DNA of 64,000 bases from Hyphomicrobiaceae bacterium (GTDB taxonomy: Bacteria; Pseudomonadota; Alphaproteobacteria; Rhizobiales; Hyphomicrobiaceae): the NCBI GenBank assembly GCA_020442165.1, contig JAGRKV010000022.1, positions 5,921-69,920 on the forward strand. Direction: 5' to 3'. Position 1 is the first letter of the stretch, and every line of letters begins with the position of its first letter. The position numbers and the translations under genes were made by a program. Positions 47,793 to 57,847 of this stretch are shown one piece after another. The notes under the pieces are model-generated. The model was not told the DNA's origin, did no database searches, and saw only the letters and a list, made by a program, of their open reading frames with translations.

Positions 47793-48530
47793 ATGAAGAC
47801 TCGACGTGCCATGTGCCGCGCCACCTGCCAACCCCAAATGGTATGGCAGCGCTTCATGGTCAACCTCCTGCTGTGCTGCACGGTGATGACTGTCATGCAC
47901 GCCACCGCGCGCGCCGATGCCGCCACCAAGGATACGCTCCGCATTATCGCTCTGGGTGACAGCCTGACGGCGGGCTACGGCTTGCCCCCTGGCCAGGCGT
48001 TCCCGGACGTGTTGCAGATCGCCCTCCGCGCGCGTGGCCACAATGTCGAAGTCGCCAATGCCGGTATTTCCGGCGACACGACGGCAGCGGGGCTGGCGCG
48101 ACTCGACTGGGCTGTCGGCCCCGAAGCCGACGCAATCATCGTCGAATTGGGCGCCAATGACGCCCTGCGCGGCCAACCGCCAGCCGAAGCGCGCGCCAAC
48201 CTCGACGTCATCCTGACGCGCTTGTCGGCCCGCAAACTGCCAATTCTTCTCGCCGGCATGCGCGCGCCTGAAAACTGGGGCGCGGCCTATCGCGACAAGT
48301 TCGATGCCATTTACCCCGAGCTTGCCGCCAGGCACGGCACACTGCTCTATCCCTTCTTTCTCGACGGCATCGCCACCGATCCGAAACTGAACCTACCCGA
48401 TGGTCTGCACCCCAACCAACGCGGTGTCGCGATCATTGTCGAACGCATTCTGCCCGTGGTCGAACAGTTGCTGGAGCGCGCCCGAAAGGCTAGGGGCTCC
48501 AAGGCCGTAAACGCAACAAGTCACAACTGA
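47793..48530 (+). CDS. SGNH/GDSL hydrolase, arylesterase / TesA-like
   Basis: Signal-like N-terminus, then the IIALGDSLTAGYG (GDS) block, GANDA and the DGLHP catalytic block. It is divergent from the ybbA/ybbP-like genes, as in E. coli tesA-ybbA-ybbP. Confidence 0.85.
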   Translation: MKTRRAMCRATCQPQMVWQRFMVNLLLCCTVMTVMHATARADAATKDTLRIIALGDSLTAGYGLPPGQAFPDVLQIALRARGHNVEVANAGISGDTTAAGLARLDWAVGPEADAIIVELGANDALRGQPPAEARANLDVILTRLSARKLPILLAGMRAPENWGAAYRDKFDAIYPELAARHGTLLYPFFLDGIATDPKLNLPDGLHPNQRGVAIIVERILPVVEQLLERARKARGSKAVNATSHN

Positions 48531-48595
48531 AAAGGAAAGCCAGAAACAGCTCGAATTCAACGCCCCCAGCCATCGCCCAGCCAAGGTCTCCCGAC

Positions 48596-49183
48596 GTGCC
48601 ACGCTTGTTCACCGGTATCGAGCTTCCAGAGGAAATCCGCGATCAGCTGGGCGATCTCGAACAGCCTTTGCCCGGTGTCCGTTTCATCGAGGAGGACAAC
48701 CTCCACATCACACTGCGTTTTGCAGGCGACATCGACAACGGCACGGCGCGCGAGTTTTCAAGTTTCCTCGATGGCATCCAGGTGCCCGCCTTTGAAATGC
48801 GGCTTGAAGGGCTCGGCACATTCGGCGGCAAGGAGCCACGCACGCTTTGGAGCGGTGTTGTCGCTGGCCCTGAACTGGAGCAGCTGGCCCGCGCCAACGA
48901 ACGTGCGGCCCGAGCCGCCGGATTGAAGCCTGAGACGCGCGGATTCAAGCCGCACGTCACGATCGCGCGCCTCAACAAGCCACGCATCGATGCGCTGAGC
49001 CGTTTTCTTACGCGACACGCGATGTTTCGTTCGCGCCCCTTTATCGTCGACCGTTTCGTGCTCTACTCGTCGAAACCCAATGTTGGCGGCGGCCCCTACG
49101 TGATCGAAGAAACTTTCCCACTTCTGGGCGCCGCCTGGAATGACGAATCGAGCGACGGTCCCGATTCTGGCCGCCGCTGGTGA
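48596..49183 (+). CDS. thpR: RNA 2',3'-cyclic phosphodiesterase (2H phosphoesterase, ThpR/LigT)
   Basis: Two H-x-T motifs (LHITLRF and PHVTIAR). GTG start. Confidence 0.85.
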   Translation: MPRLFTGIELPEEIRDQLGDLEQPLPGVRFIEEDNLHITLRFAGDIDNGTAREFSSFLDGIQVPAFEMRLEGLGTFGGKEPRTLWSGVVAGPELEQLARANERAARAAGLKPETRGFKPHVTIARLNKPRIDALSRFLTRHAMFRSRPFIVDRFVLYSSKPNVGGGPYVIEETFPLLGAAWNDESSDGPDSGRRW

Positions 49184-49280
49184 AAACCACCTGTATTACT
49201 AACCGAATTTCCGCCTGTATCATGGACCGCATCGATGGAGCGCGCCGAACCGCCAGCCGGGCGCCATCATGAACGACAAA

Positions 49281-50510
49281 TTATCTTCGATCGCCCGGCC
49301 AGACATAATTGCTGCCGCCACCAATTCCGAAAATGCCTCCGCCGGAGGGCGGCTTGGCGCCAGAGTGGCGCGCAGCCTGATAGCGAGGCTTGGGCTGACT
49401 GTGCCGCTCTTCGCGCGCGACGTGGCTTGGGGCACGCCGGCGGACAACGCCGCCACTGTTCCGGCGCGGCATTCTTGCCGTATCGTCTTCAGGCTCGTCT
49501 GATCCATTGGACGCATGAGCGGCATCTGTCGGCGATGCTGCCAGCTCGTGCGCCTCGCTATCGAAACCGTTCGACATCGGCGCCGGCACTGGCACGCGAA
49601 GCGGCATCCCGCTTTCCACGGCTGTGGACTGCCCATCCTGTGATGACGCGCGCGACGGAACCATGATCCCGCTGCTCGCCCCCGTATCGACAGCAGCATT
49701 ATCCGATTGCGTGCTCGCGACCCGAGTGGCAGGTGCCTTTTCCGGCAAAGGTGCCGCAGCAGCCAGCTTTGCTTCAGCAGCCGCCCGTGCCTTCGCCTGC
49801 TCCATGGCATCGCGCAATGCATAGTTGATGTGCCGCAACCGCTCGGCGGCAGACCACGGTGCCGGTTTGCAGCTGCATCCGGGGGTCAGTTTCTTGCGGT
49901 AGTCGAACGCAGTATCGAGCGCGTCGTATCTCCGGCCCGTGAAGTCCGTCATCGCGGCGGCATCAGTGCTGTCGGCGTCCATGTAGAAGAGCCGCGCGGC
50001 ACTGCCGCACGAACTCTTGCAGCGCCGGGAGTCCACGGTCAGCCCCCGTGTCGTCGTGCTCTGGCTCATGGGAAAATAATAACCGTCACATAAGCGTACG
50101 CACATGGTGCGGACCCGCCAGCCCTTGCCTTTACGGCTTGAGGTGTCCTCGCTGCGCGACGGCTCAGAGCGCGATTGCGGTGTATGGAGGGGCGCACGGT
50201 AACCGTAGCCAATGGGCGGCTGCGCGGCCGGGCGGTTTGCCCCACCCGAAAGCCCGAAGAGCTTTTCAAAAAAGGACTGCGCTTGAGCCGGCGGAGCCGA
50301 ACCCGCCAGGATCACAACAACTAAGGCGGCAAGACGCTTGGCGACCACAGACAACAAGACGGCGTACACCCTGAAGACGTGCGGGCGGCAATCGCCGGCC
50401 ACTGCGCCGCCATTTCCGCCCCAGATAACGATCCGGCGTCCACAATGGCCGAAAGTTGGCAAACAATTCCTGAAGATCCTGGAAAAACCGGACAGCAGAA
50501 GCCCGCTCAT
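49281..50510 (-). CDS. DUF2865 domain protein (exported), paralogue A
   Basis: Core TMCVRLCDGYYFPMS...CKSSCGSAARLF...GCSCKPAPW followed by a low-complexity Ala/Pro/Ser region. The start is uncertain. The signal-like segment VYAVLLSVVAKRLAALVVVILAGSAPPAQA suggests a start near 50369. Confidence 0.7.
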   Translation of the reverse strand: MSGLLLSGFSRIFRNCLPTFGHCGRRIVIWGGNGGAVAGDCRPHVFRVYAVLLSVVAKRLAALVVVILAGSAPPAQAQSFFEKLFGLSGGANRPAAQPPIGYGYRAPLHTPQSRSEPSRSEDTSSRKGKGWRVRTMCVRLCDGYYFPMSQSTTTRGLTVDSRRCKSSCGSAARLFYMDADSTDAAAMTDFTGRRYDALDTAFDYRKKLTPGCSCKPAPWSAAERLRHINYALRDAMEQAKARAAAEAKLAAAAPLPEKAPATRVASTQSDNAAVDTGASSGIMVPSRASSQDGQSTAVESGMPLRVPVPAPMSNGFDSEAHELAASPTDAAHASNGSDEPEDDTARMPRRNSGGVVRRRAPSHVAREERHSQPKPRYQAARHSGAKPPSGGGIFGIGGGSNYVWPGDRR

Positions 50511-50601
50511 GCGCGGAGAAAAAGTACTTCAAAGACACAAGCTGTCTCACGCGAGGAAGCCACTTGGCCGCAATCGCACAAAGCACCCGGAGAGGAAGGC
50601 T

Positions 50602-52041
50602 TCAGTAGAAATTTCGCGCGAAGGTATCGTAGGCCGAGCCGCCACGGGGAGTGCCGCGGGCATTGCGGCCAACGCCCCAAATCGGCTTCTCCATCGGATT
50701 TGTCCTGACCATCACAGGCTTCAGATTCTTCGGCGCGCCGTCCACACTTGAATCTTTTTGAGGCGACAATTCCTCGGCGCTGATGGCGCCTAGCATCGAG
50801 GGTGGCAACCCCTGGAACGGTCCAGTTTTTCGGCCGCGTCCTTTGGCCAGCCGTTTGCGATTGCCCAGCGTCGCCTTGTTGCCCGACAGCGGATCCCCCG
50901 CCCTGCCCGAAGTGCCAGGCAGTGGAGGCACTACACTGGCAGCCACAACCTGCTCTTCGCTCTCGGCTGGTCCTGTTGTAGAACCACTACCCGCGTCGTC
51001 TTGGGGAGTGCTTTGGACGCTGGCCTCTCTTGGCCGCAAGGTTGAAGGCAGCGCTGCCACGGCTTCGTAGGCCACACTCCGAACAGGCAACGTCAAATCC
51101 CGGTCCAGTCCCCGTTCCGGCGTATCCCGGCTGCCGGCTTCGGCATGATACCGGTCCGCTGCAGGAGCTGCTGCCGCCAGATCGCTGGGCATGGTGGTGC
51201 TGGCCGGGCGCTTGCCGCTGGATAGCGCCGCGCGCTCTGCGCCTGTGCCAAATCTGTTCCGAAGCACATCCAGCTCCGCAACGTCGACGGGCTTGCCTTC
51301 CTGCATGCGCTGTTCGAGGGCATAGAGCCGGTGACGCTGTACGGATGCCTGCTCCCAGGGTTTTGCCCTGCACGAACAGCCAGCCACAGCCCCTTTGCGG
51401 AATTGGAATGCTGTTGGCAGCGCGATATAGGAGTGGCCACTCCGGTCCTGCATGGTCTCGGTCGAACCGCCTGGATTGGCAAACACGAACAACCGCGTGG
51501 TGGACCCGCACCGAGATGCACAAACAGCCTCGTCATGGGCGAAGCGGTCGCGCGTTGTCGCATAACTGATCGGGAAGTAGGCACCGTCGCACAGTCGAAC
51601 ACACATCGTCCGATAGGTCGGACGGTCAGCATCATGCCATGGGCTCGAGTCGTCGTCGGAGATACGCTCATTCACTGAGCGCTTCATTTCTTCTACTGCA
51701 ACCGTGTCGACCCGCTCCAGGAAAGTCGGGGCAGTACGGGCATGGTGAAACTCCGTCGAATCGACTTGGACCTCTGCCGCCCTGTTCCAGACCTTTGGCG
51801 CCCCAAGAAATGCCCTCGGAGGTACCACGGCATCCTGGCTCCCACGCAGCTGCGCCGCCGCCACCGCCTCGTCGAACGCCGACGGCGCCCGGCTCAGGGT
51901 CCAGTCAAGAATTCCAGCCACGCACAGAATGGCGACCGCAACACCTAGCCCGTAGGTGAGCAGGACGCGAGCCGCGCCAAGCACATTCCACATTACCTCG
52001 CGACGCAAACCCACCACTCCACACTTCCACCACGCTCGCAA
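50602..52041 (-). CDS. DUF2865 domain protein (membrane-anchored or exported), paralogue B
   Basis: Core TMCVRLCDGAYFPIS...CASRCGSTTRLF...GCSCRAKPW. N-terminal TM VLLTYGLGVAVAILCVAGIL. The likely start is the ATG at 51993 (MWNVLGAARV). Confidence 0.7.
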   Translation of the reverse strand: MRAWWKCGVVGLRREVMWNVLGAARVLLTYGLGVAVAILCVAGILDWTLSRAPSAFDEAVAAAQLRGSQDAVVPPRAFLGAPKVWNRAAEVQVDSTEFHHARTAPTFLERVDTVAVEEMKRSVNERISDDDSSPWHDADRPTYRTMCVRLCDGAYFPISYATTRDRFAHDEAVCASRCGSTTRLFVFANPGGSTETMQDRSGHSYIALPTAFQFRKGAVAGCSCRAKPWEQASVQRHRLYALEQRMQEGKPVDVAELDVLRNRFGTGAERAALSSGKRPASTTMPSDLAAAAPAADRYHAEAGSRDTPERGLDRDLTLPVRSVAYEAVAALPSTLRPREASVQSTPQDDAGSGSTTGPAESEEQVVAASVVPPLPGTSGRAGDPLSGNKATLGNRKRLAKGRGRKTGPFQGLPPSMLGAISAEELSPQKDSSVDGAPKNLKPVMVRTNPMEKPIWGVGRNARGTPRGGSAYDTFARNFY

Positions 52042-52182
52042 CCTGGACGACTACCGTTCAACCCAACGGTTCCAAGCCACTTACGCCACTTTGCTCAGCG
52101 CTCAAATCAGCTTTATACGTCTGGTGCGTCGCTCGAACAAATCAGATTTCGTGAACGATCTGACCAGAAACGCAAAATTCGC

Positions 52183-52968
52183 CTAACGCGGAGCCAGCCG
52201 GATGGCGCCATCCAGGCGAATTGCACATCCGTTGAGCATCACATTTTCCGCTATCTGAACAACCAAGTGCCCAAATTCGTCGGGATCGCCAAGGCGCGAT
52301 GGGAACGGGACCTGGGCTGCAAGAGCGGCTTTGGCATCGTCCGGCAGCGTATCGAACATCGGCGTTCCGAACAGTCCTGGCAGGATCGATACCGCCCGGA
52401 TTCCGTCGCGTGACAGATCCCGCGCCAGCGGTAGCGTCATCGACAGCACGCCGCCCTTGGAAGCGGCATAGGCGATCTGACCCATCTGGCCTTCTTCCGC
52501 CGCCACCGACGAAGTCGAAACAATAACGCCGCGCTCGCCATCCACACCAATCGGGTCGAGGCTCATCATGCCCGCTGCCACACGAGTGGACATGATGAAC
52601 GTACCGATAAGGTTGACTTCGATGACCTTGCGAAACGAAGCCACATCATGGGATTCAACCGCACCGGTATCCTTGATGCGGCGCACCGACCGTTTTCCCA
52701 CAACGACACCGGCGCAATTGACCAGGATTCGTTCTTGCCCGAAGTGCGCGCGCGCCGCCGCAAGCGACGTTTCAACGCTCGCCTCGTCGGCGATGTTTGT
52801 CTTGAAGAATGCGCCGCCCACCTCGGCCGCAATGGCCTCACCGGCGCTCTCGTTGAGATCGAAGATCGAAACCCTGACGCCCTGGCCGGCCAGTCGCCGT
52901 ACCGAAGCTGCGCCAAGCCCTGAAGCGCCACCAGTGACGATGGCCGCGATTGAATTATCGAGTTGCAT
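52183..52968 (-). CDS. SDR family oxidoreductase (3-hydroxyacyl-CoA dehydrogenase type-2-like)
   Basis: The ATG at 52968 gives MQLDNSIAAIVTGGASGLGAA. Catalytic YAASKGG. The track extension to 53127 was rejected. Confidence 0.85.
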   Translation of the reverse strand: MQLDNSIAAIVTGGASGLGAASVRRLAGQGVRVSIFDLNESAGEAIAAEVGGAFFKTNIADEASVETSLAAARAHFGQERILVNCAGVVVGKRSVRRIKDTGAVESHDVASFRKVIEVNLIGTFIMSTRVAAGMMSLDPIGVDGERGVIVSTSSVAAEEGQMGQIAYAASKGGVLSMTLPLARDLSRDGIRAVSILPGLFGTPMFDTLPDDAKAALAAQVPFPSRLGDPDEFGHLVVQIAENVMLNGCAIRLDGAIRLAPR

Positions 52969-53190
52969 GTAGTCCCCTTTTGCCTGACCTGTTGGACAAG
53001 CACCGCCCCCCGCCGCCACGCCACCGCAGCAGCGCCCAAACACCCAACCATCTTCGGAAGATTGACGTAAGCGGCAGGATAACGGGCGTATTACGCGGTG
53101 CAACATGACCGCGTAAAGCTTTTGCAAGAATGTGCATTAACGACGCGCAATCCGCATTGGCATAGCCGGTATGCAGTCTGCACTGGGCTT

Positions 53191-54165
53191 CTATGGGACC
53201 AGGACGACTTTGCCCACCGCTTCCCGCCGGTCCAGTATTCCGAGCGCCTCGATAATATCTGCCATCGGATAGCTTCCATGGATGCGCGGCTTAAGTACGC
53301 CATCCGCGATCCACGCCAGGACCTGCTCCATGTTGGCCCGGTGGGCCTTTGGCTCGGTCTTGACGAACCGCCCCCACAGCACGCCACGCACATCACAATC
53401 CTTCAGCATCACCAGGTTGAGCGGCAATTTCGGTATCTCGCCGGCTGCGAACCCCACAACGAGATAACGCCCGCGCGGCGCGATGGCCCGCAAGGCGGGC
53501 TCGGCATAAGGACCGCCGACGCAATCATAGACGACGTCCACGCCTTTCCCGCCGGTTGCCGCGCGCAACATCTCTTTGAGATCCCCGGCGGCATAGTCGA
53601 CAAGGATTTCGGCGCCGTGTGCCTTGGCCACCGCCAGTTTCTCAGGCGAAGAGGCAACCGCGATCACCCGTGCCCCCATCAGCCGTGCGATTTCGACCGC
53701 CGCCAGCCCTGCGCCTCCTGACGCCCCAAGAACAGCGATGGTTTCACTTGGAGCAAGGCCGCCCCGATCGCGCAGACCATGAATTGCCGTGCCGTAGGTA
53801 ATGGCGACACCCGCCGCTGCGGCATCACTCACGCCATCGGGAATGGGAACACACTGTTCGGGCTTGACGACGACCAGCTCGCGCGCACCGCCCCAGCCCA
53901 GATGGCAGGCGACGCGCTGCCCCGGCACCAGGCCCTCGACGCCCGCTCCGATACGCGCCACCACACCGGCAATTTCGCCAACCGGCGAGAACGGCAACTC
54001 CGGCTTGTTCTGATATTTGCCCCGCGTAATCAGCGTATCGAAGAAGTTCAGCGCCGCCGCCGTCACTCTGACGACCACCTCTCTAGGTCCCGGCTCGGGG
54101 TCCGGCAATTCGCAGATCGTCAGCGATTGTGGACCATCCAGAGTCTTGCAAAGTACTGCCTTCAT
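53191..54165 (-). CDS. NADPH:quinone oxidoreductase / zinc-type alcohol dehydrogenase superfamily
   Basis: MKAVLCKTLDGPQSLTICELPDPEPGPREVVVRV (GroES-like N-terminal domain) plus the Rossmann motif VLGASGGAGLAAV. Confidence 0.85.
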   Translation of the reverse strand: MKAVLCKTLDGPQSLTICELPDPEPGPREVVVRVTAAALNFFDTLITRGKYQNKPELPFSPVGEIAGVVARIGAGVEGLVPGQRVACHLGWGGARELVVVKPEQCVPIPDGVSDAAAAGVAITYGTAIHGLRDRGGLAPSETIAVLGASGGAGLAAVEIARLMGARVIAVASSPEKLAVAKAHGAEILVDYAAGDLKEMLRAATGGKGVDVVYDCVGGPYAEPALRAIAPRGRYLVVGFAAGEIPKLPLNLVMLKDCDVRGVLWGRFVKTEPKAHRANMEQVLAWIADGVLKPRIHGSYPMADIIEALGILDRREAVGKVVLVP

Positions 54166-54364
54166 GCTCTACCGCACGTCCCTCAATCGTCTAAACCAGA
54201 CAGGCCATTTGCATACGGGTCGGCATCGGCGCTAAGGATGCCGGCACCCCATATGCTTACACCCTGCATCCAACATCGATCGTGCGGCACAAAGCAGATC
54301 ATTGCGCCTGTGTCGAGCCACCGGTTCGCAGCAGGCAGAGCTCCGGCCCGGAGGTTTCCCCGTC

Positions 54365-54886
54365 ATGATGCCCGACAACTGGCCACCCGTACCGCGCGGC
54401 TATTTCGCCATCGGCGCAGAACGCATGTCCAAGGCATTGAACCTCGGCAACCTGATGCGCTCCGCGCATGGCTTTGGCGCGTCTTTCACGTTTACGATCG
54501 GCGCCACCTATCAAGCACTCGAAGCGCGCGCCGATACCTCGAAAGGGCAACTCCATCTGCCGCACTACAACTGGACGTCGCTCGACGAGATGGCTTTGCC
54601 GCAGGGCTGCGTGTTGGTCGGCGTTGAACTGGTCGATGATGCCGTCGACTTGCCAAGCTTCCGCCACCCCTTGCGCGCGGCCTACGTTCTGGGCCCGGAG
54701 AAAGGTTCTCTTTCGGGCCCCCTGCTCGCGCGCTGCCGGCATGTGGTGCGCATCCCCACCCGATTCTGCATCAACGTCGCGATGGCCGGCGCCGTAGTCA
54801 TGTACGACCGCGTGCGTTCGCTCGCCAACTTTGCCGACAGGCCACTGACAGCGGGCGGCCCTTCATCCACACTGCCGCGGCACTGA
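54365..54886 (+). CDS. TrmH/SpoU family RNA methyltransferase
   Basis: The ATG at 54365 gives MMPDNWPPVPRGYFAIGAERMSKALNLGNLMRSAHGFGA. SPOUT knot motifs YVLGPEKGSLS and IPTRFCINVAMAGAVVMY are present. Confidence 0.8.
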   Translation: MMPDNWPPVPRGYFAIGAERMSKALNLGNLMRSAHGFGASFTFTIGATYQALEARADTSKGQLHLPHYNWTSLDEMALPQGCVLVGVELVDDAVDLPSFRHPLRAAYVLGPEKGSLSGPLLARCRHVVRIPTRFCINVAMAGAVVMYDRVRSLANFADRPLTAGGPSSTLPRH

Positions 54887-54981
54887 AATGCTACCCTGGA
54901 ATAAAAAAGCCGTGAGCGGGTGACATTGCGAACATGATTCGGCTATAGGTTCCTCTCGCCCGAACGAGAACCGATGGAAAG

Positions 54982-55518
54982 ATGGACTATAGAAAGATGA
55001 TATTTCGACGCTCCAATCGTCGTCCGACCGTTGTACTCTCGATCATCGCCGCTCTCTGCTGCACATCTACTGTGGCCCTTGCCGCCAAGCTCGTTGAGAA
55101 GTCTGGTGACTGGTCAATGTTTGTGCACGATGCCGCGCAAAAGAAGATCTGCTTCATTGCAACCCAGCCGTCGTCCTCAAACCCTGCGGACGCAAAGCGG
55201 GATCAGCCGTTCTTCTATGTCTCCGCGTGGCCCAAGGACGGCGTGAAATCCGAAGTTTCTGTGCTGCTGGGCTACCCCATCAAAAAGGGTAGCGACGTAA
55301 CGGTGACGATCTCGTCGGCGTCGTTCAAGCTGTTCCCGCAGGACGACAAGGCCTTCGTGGCTGATCCCAACGACGAGCTGAAATTGATCGACGCCATGAA
55401 GCGTGGCAGCTCAATGGAAATTTCGGCGACTGCGGAAGCTGGATTCACAACCGAGGACAAATATTCACTCTCGGGCGTCACGGCGTCGCTGAAGAACCTC
55501 GACTCAAAGTGCGAGTGA
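54982..55518 (+). CDS. Invasion-associated locus B (IalB) family exported protein
   Basis: Signal peptide plus GDWSMFVHDAAQKKICFIATQP and a second beta-rich half. This is the IalB-like pattern common in Rhizobiales. Confidence 0.75.
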   Translation: MDYRKMIFRRSNRRPTVVLSIIAALCCTSTVALAAKLVEKSGDWSMFVHDAAQKKICFIATQPSSSNPADAKRDQPFFYVSAWPKDGVKSEVSVLLGYPIKKGSDVTVTISSASFKLFPQDDKAFVADPNDELKLIDAMKRGSSMEISATAEAGFTTEDKYSLSGVTASLKNLDSKCE

Positions 55519-55600
55519 TCGCTGGAAGCTGGCCGCGTTGACCCTGCTACCAGCGATTGCCAGTTCATGCCGAATAGCCGCCTTCAGATAGCTCGGGCAT

Positions 55601-56287
55601 TCAACCTGGATGCCCGGCCATCCGCCGCACCCGCAGCTGCACATAAAGCGCGCCTTCGCCGCCGTGATGCGTCGCAGCCGTCGTGTAGCTGACGATGATT
55701 GGCCTCAACTCCGGCTCTGCCAGCCATCGCGGCACCGAGCGTCGCAGCACGCCACGGCCCGCAGTCAAATGCCCAGCCGTCACAAGCTCTCGGTCGCCAT
55801 CCAAGGATGCTCTGCCCTTGCCGGTGATGATGAGAACCCAGCGTAACCCGCGTGCATGGCAACTGTTGAGAAAACCGCGCAAGGCTGCATACGCCTCGTC
55901 CTGACGCATGCCGTGCAGATCCATGCGTGCCTCGATCTCGATTCGTCCCGAACGGATGCGGCGGACAGCCTTTCTGTCAAAATCCGCAAGCGGGATCTGA
56001 TGCTCCCGCCGACGCTGCGTGGCGCGGGAATCCGGCGCCAGTCCTCGCGGCGGCCCTGTGTTGTCGAGCGTATCGAGGAGTTGATCGCCGCCACGCGCGG
56101 TCTCGCGCAATTGCCGGTCGAGCTGTGCGGTCCCGTCGCCGCCGTCACCATTGCTCAATTCCGGGATGTGCGCCTTGATTCTCCGCGGCCGTTGCACTGA
56201 CCGGGCAACGTGCTGCCACAGCGCATCATCTTCAGCGCTGAGGTGTGAGGCCCTCCGGTTTCGCCGTGACCTGTCATCCTTGTTCAT
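55601..56287 (-). CDS. Smr (MutS2-like small) domain protein
   Basis: C-terminal Smr domain DLHGMRQDEAYAALRGFL...VLIITGKG. The ATG at 56287 overlaps the mltA TGA (ATGA). Confidence 0.8.
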   Translation of the reverse strand: MNKDDRSRRNRRASHLSAEDDALWQHVARSVQRPRRIKAHIPELSNGDGGDGTAQLDRQLRETARGGDQLLDTLDNTGPPRGLAPDSRATQRRREHQIPLADFDRKAVRRIRSGRIEIEARMDLHGMRQDEAYAALRGFLNSCHARGLRWVLIITGKGRASLDGDRELVTAGHLTAGRGVLRRSVPRWLAEPELRPIIVSYTTAATHHGGEGALYVQLRVRRMAGHPG

Positions 56288-57705
56288 TGCTGCGCCTGGC
56301 GGACCTTGCCCCGCACACCGCCAGCCTCGATCTGAGGCCCTTTGAGGACGTCTCGCGGCAGCAGCACATAGAAATTGCCGCGATGCTTCGTTATCCCGGC
56401 GCGTCGCCCGGCCCCGTCTCCCGAGCCGCAATAGATGTCGCCGCGTTCAGGACCACGGATCGCCGAACCGACGTCTTGCGCGATCATAAGCCGTTGGAAC
56501 GGACGCTGGTCGTCGGTGAGATGTGTGATCTCAGGAGCTGCCACATAGACAGGTGTACCGATGGCGTGAAACTGCGTGTCGACCGCCAGGCTCCGGCCCG
56601 GCGACAGCGGTATTTCCAGCACCCCCATCGGCCCTTCGGCTTCAGCACCCTGCAATTCGCGAAAGAACACGTAGGAGCGGTTCTGCCACAGCACATCCTG
56701 CATCTTCTGGGGGTTCTGCTTCAGCCAGCTCTTGAGCGCACCAAGCGACATCCTGTCGGCCGGGAACCAGCCCTTGTCGATCAAATACCGCCCGATCGAT
56801 GTATAGGGATGACCATTCTTGCCGTCATAGGTCACACGCACGCTGTTGCCGTCGGGAAGTGCGATCCGCCCCGAGCCTTGGACCTGCATGAAGAAGAGAT
56901 CGACGGGGTCCTTGAGATACAACAGCTCCAGACCTTGCCCGGCGAGCGCGCCCTGATCGATCTCCTTGCGCGTCGGATAGGGCTCCGTCCCCGTTGCCGT
57001 CTGCCGTGCATGCGTCAGCCGATCGGCCTTGGCGCCACGTTCCGATTCAGCAACCAAATTGACGAGATCGGCGGGACGCTTTAGCACCGCGGCCCTATAG
57101 GTCTCATCGCGTTGCCTGGAACCATCGATGACGGGTTCGTAGTAGCCGGTCAGCAGCCCGTCGTCGCCTGCGTGCTCGACACGATGCGGCGCGAAGTGCG
57201 ATTCGAAGAATTGCCGCGCACTGGCGCGCGTCACGCGCCCCGCTATCAGTGCGTTAGCGTCTTCACACGCGCTCAGCAGTCCAGGTGGCGTCGGCGTCGT
57301 TCCCGTTGGGCTCCCCGACTTCACCGCCGCGACCACTCTACTGCACGAACGGACGAATGCTTTCAGCGCTGCCAGATGGTCGTCAGCTTCCCAACCGGGC
57401 AGCGCGCTGAAAGCGACTGGCGCGAATGAAACCGATTTTTCGCCCGCATTCGCCTGTTTGGCCGCCGCGCGATCACGGTCTTTGGGAATCTTGGAGACCT
57501 TTTCCGAACGGGTGATTTTGCTGCTGGCCATCTCGACCTTGCCTGCCCGAACCTGACTTGCCGATGACTCACCGGCCTCGGCGCTTACGCCATAAAACAC
57601 AGCGGCAACTACCGCAGCCGAGCCAAACGCCAAGGCGGTGCGCGCCTTGCCCCACGCACGAACCCGTCGACCACGATGGCCAAATGCCGTCGTTTCCGCC
57701 GCCAT
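56284..57705 (-). CDS. mltA: Membrane-bound lytic murein transglycosylase A
   Basis: MltA-specific and 3D domain patterns are present (GYYEP, FMQVQGSGRI, DTQFHAIGTPVYV, AQDVGSAIRGPERGDIY). Confidence 0.9.
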   Translation of the reverse strand: MAAETTAFGHRGRRVRAWGKARTALAFGSAAVVAAVFYGVSAEAGESSASQVRAGKVEMASSKITRSEKVSKIPKDRDRAAAKQANAGEKSVSFAPVAFSALPGWEADDHLAALKAFVRSCSRVVAAVKSGSPTGTTPTPPGLLSACEDANALIAGRVTRASARQFFESHFAPHRVEHAGDDGLLTGYYEPVIDGSRQRDETYRAAVLKRPADLVNLVAESERGAKADRLTHARQTATGTEPYPTRKEIDQGALAGQGLELLYLKDPVDLFFMQVQGSGRIALPDGNSVRVTYDGKNGHPYTSIGRYLIDKGWFPADRMSLGALKSWLKQNPQKMQDVLWQNRSYVFFRELQGAEAEGPMGVLEIPLSPGRSLAVDTQFHAIGTPVYVAAPEITHLTDDQRPFQRLMIAQDVGSAIRGPERGDIYCGSGDGAGRRAGITKHRGNFYVLLPRDVLKGPQIEAGGVRGKVRQAQQ

Positions 57706-57847
57706 GGCGTAGATCCCCGATTAGCTTCCCCCGGCCCAAGCGGCACCCTGCCCGTTCCCTGCATTCCGCTAGGCAAAACAGGCAAAGGGCTGCCGTGACA
57801 GGCGGGCCAGAGCTTAATCCAGGTTAAGTCGGAGGCAAACCGGAAGA

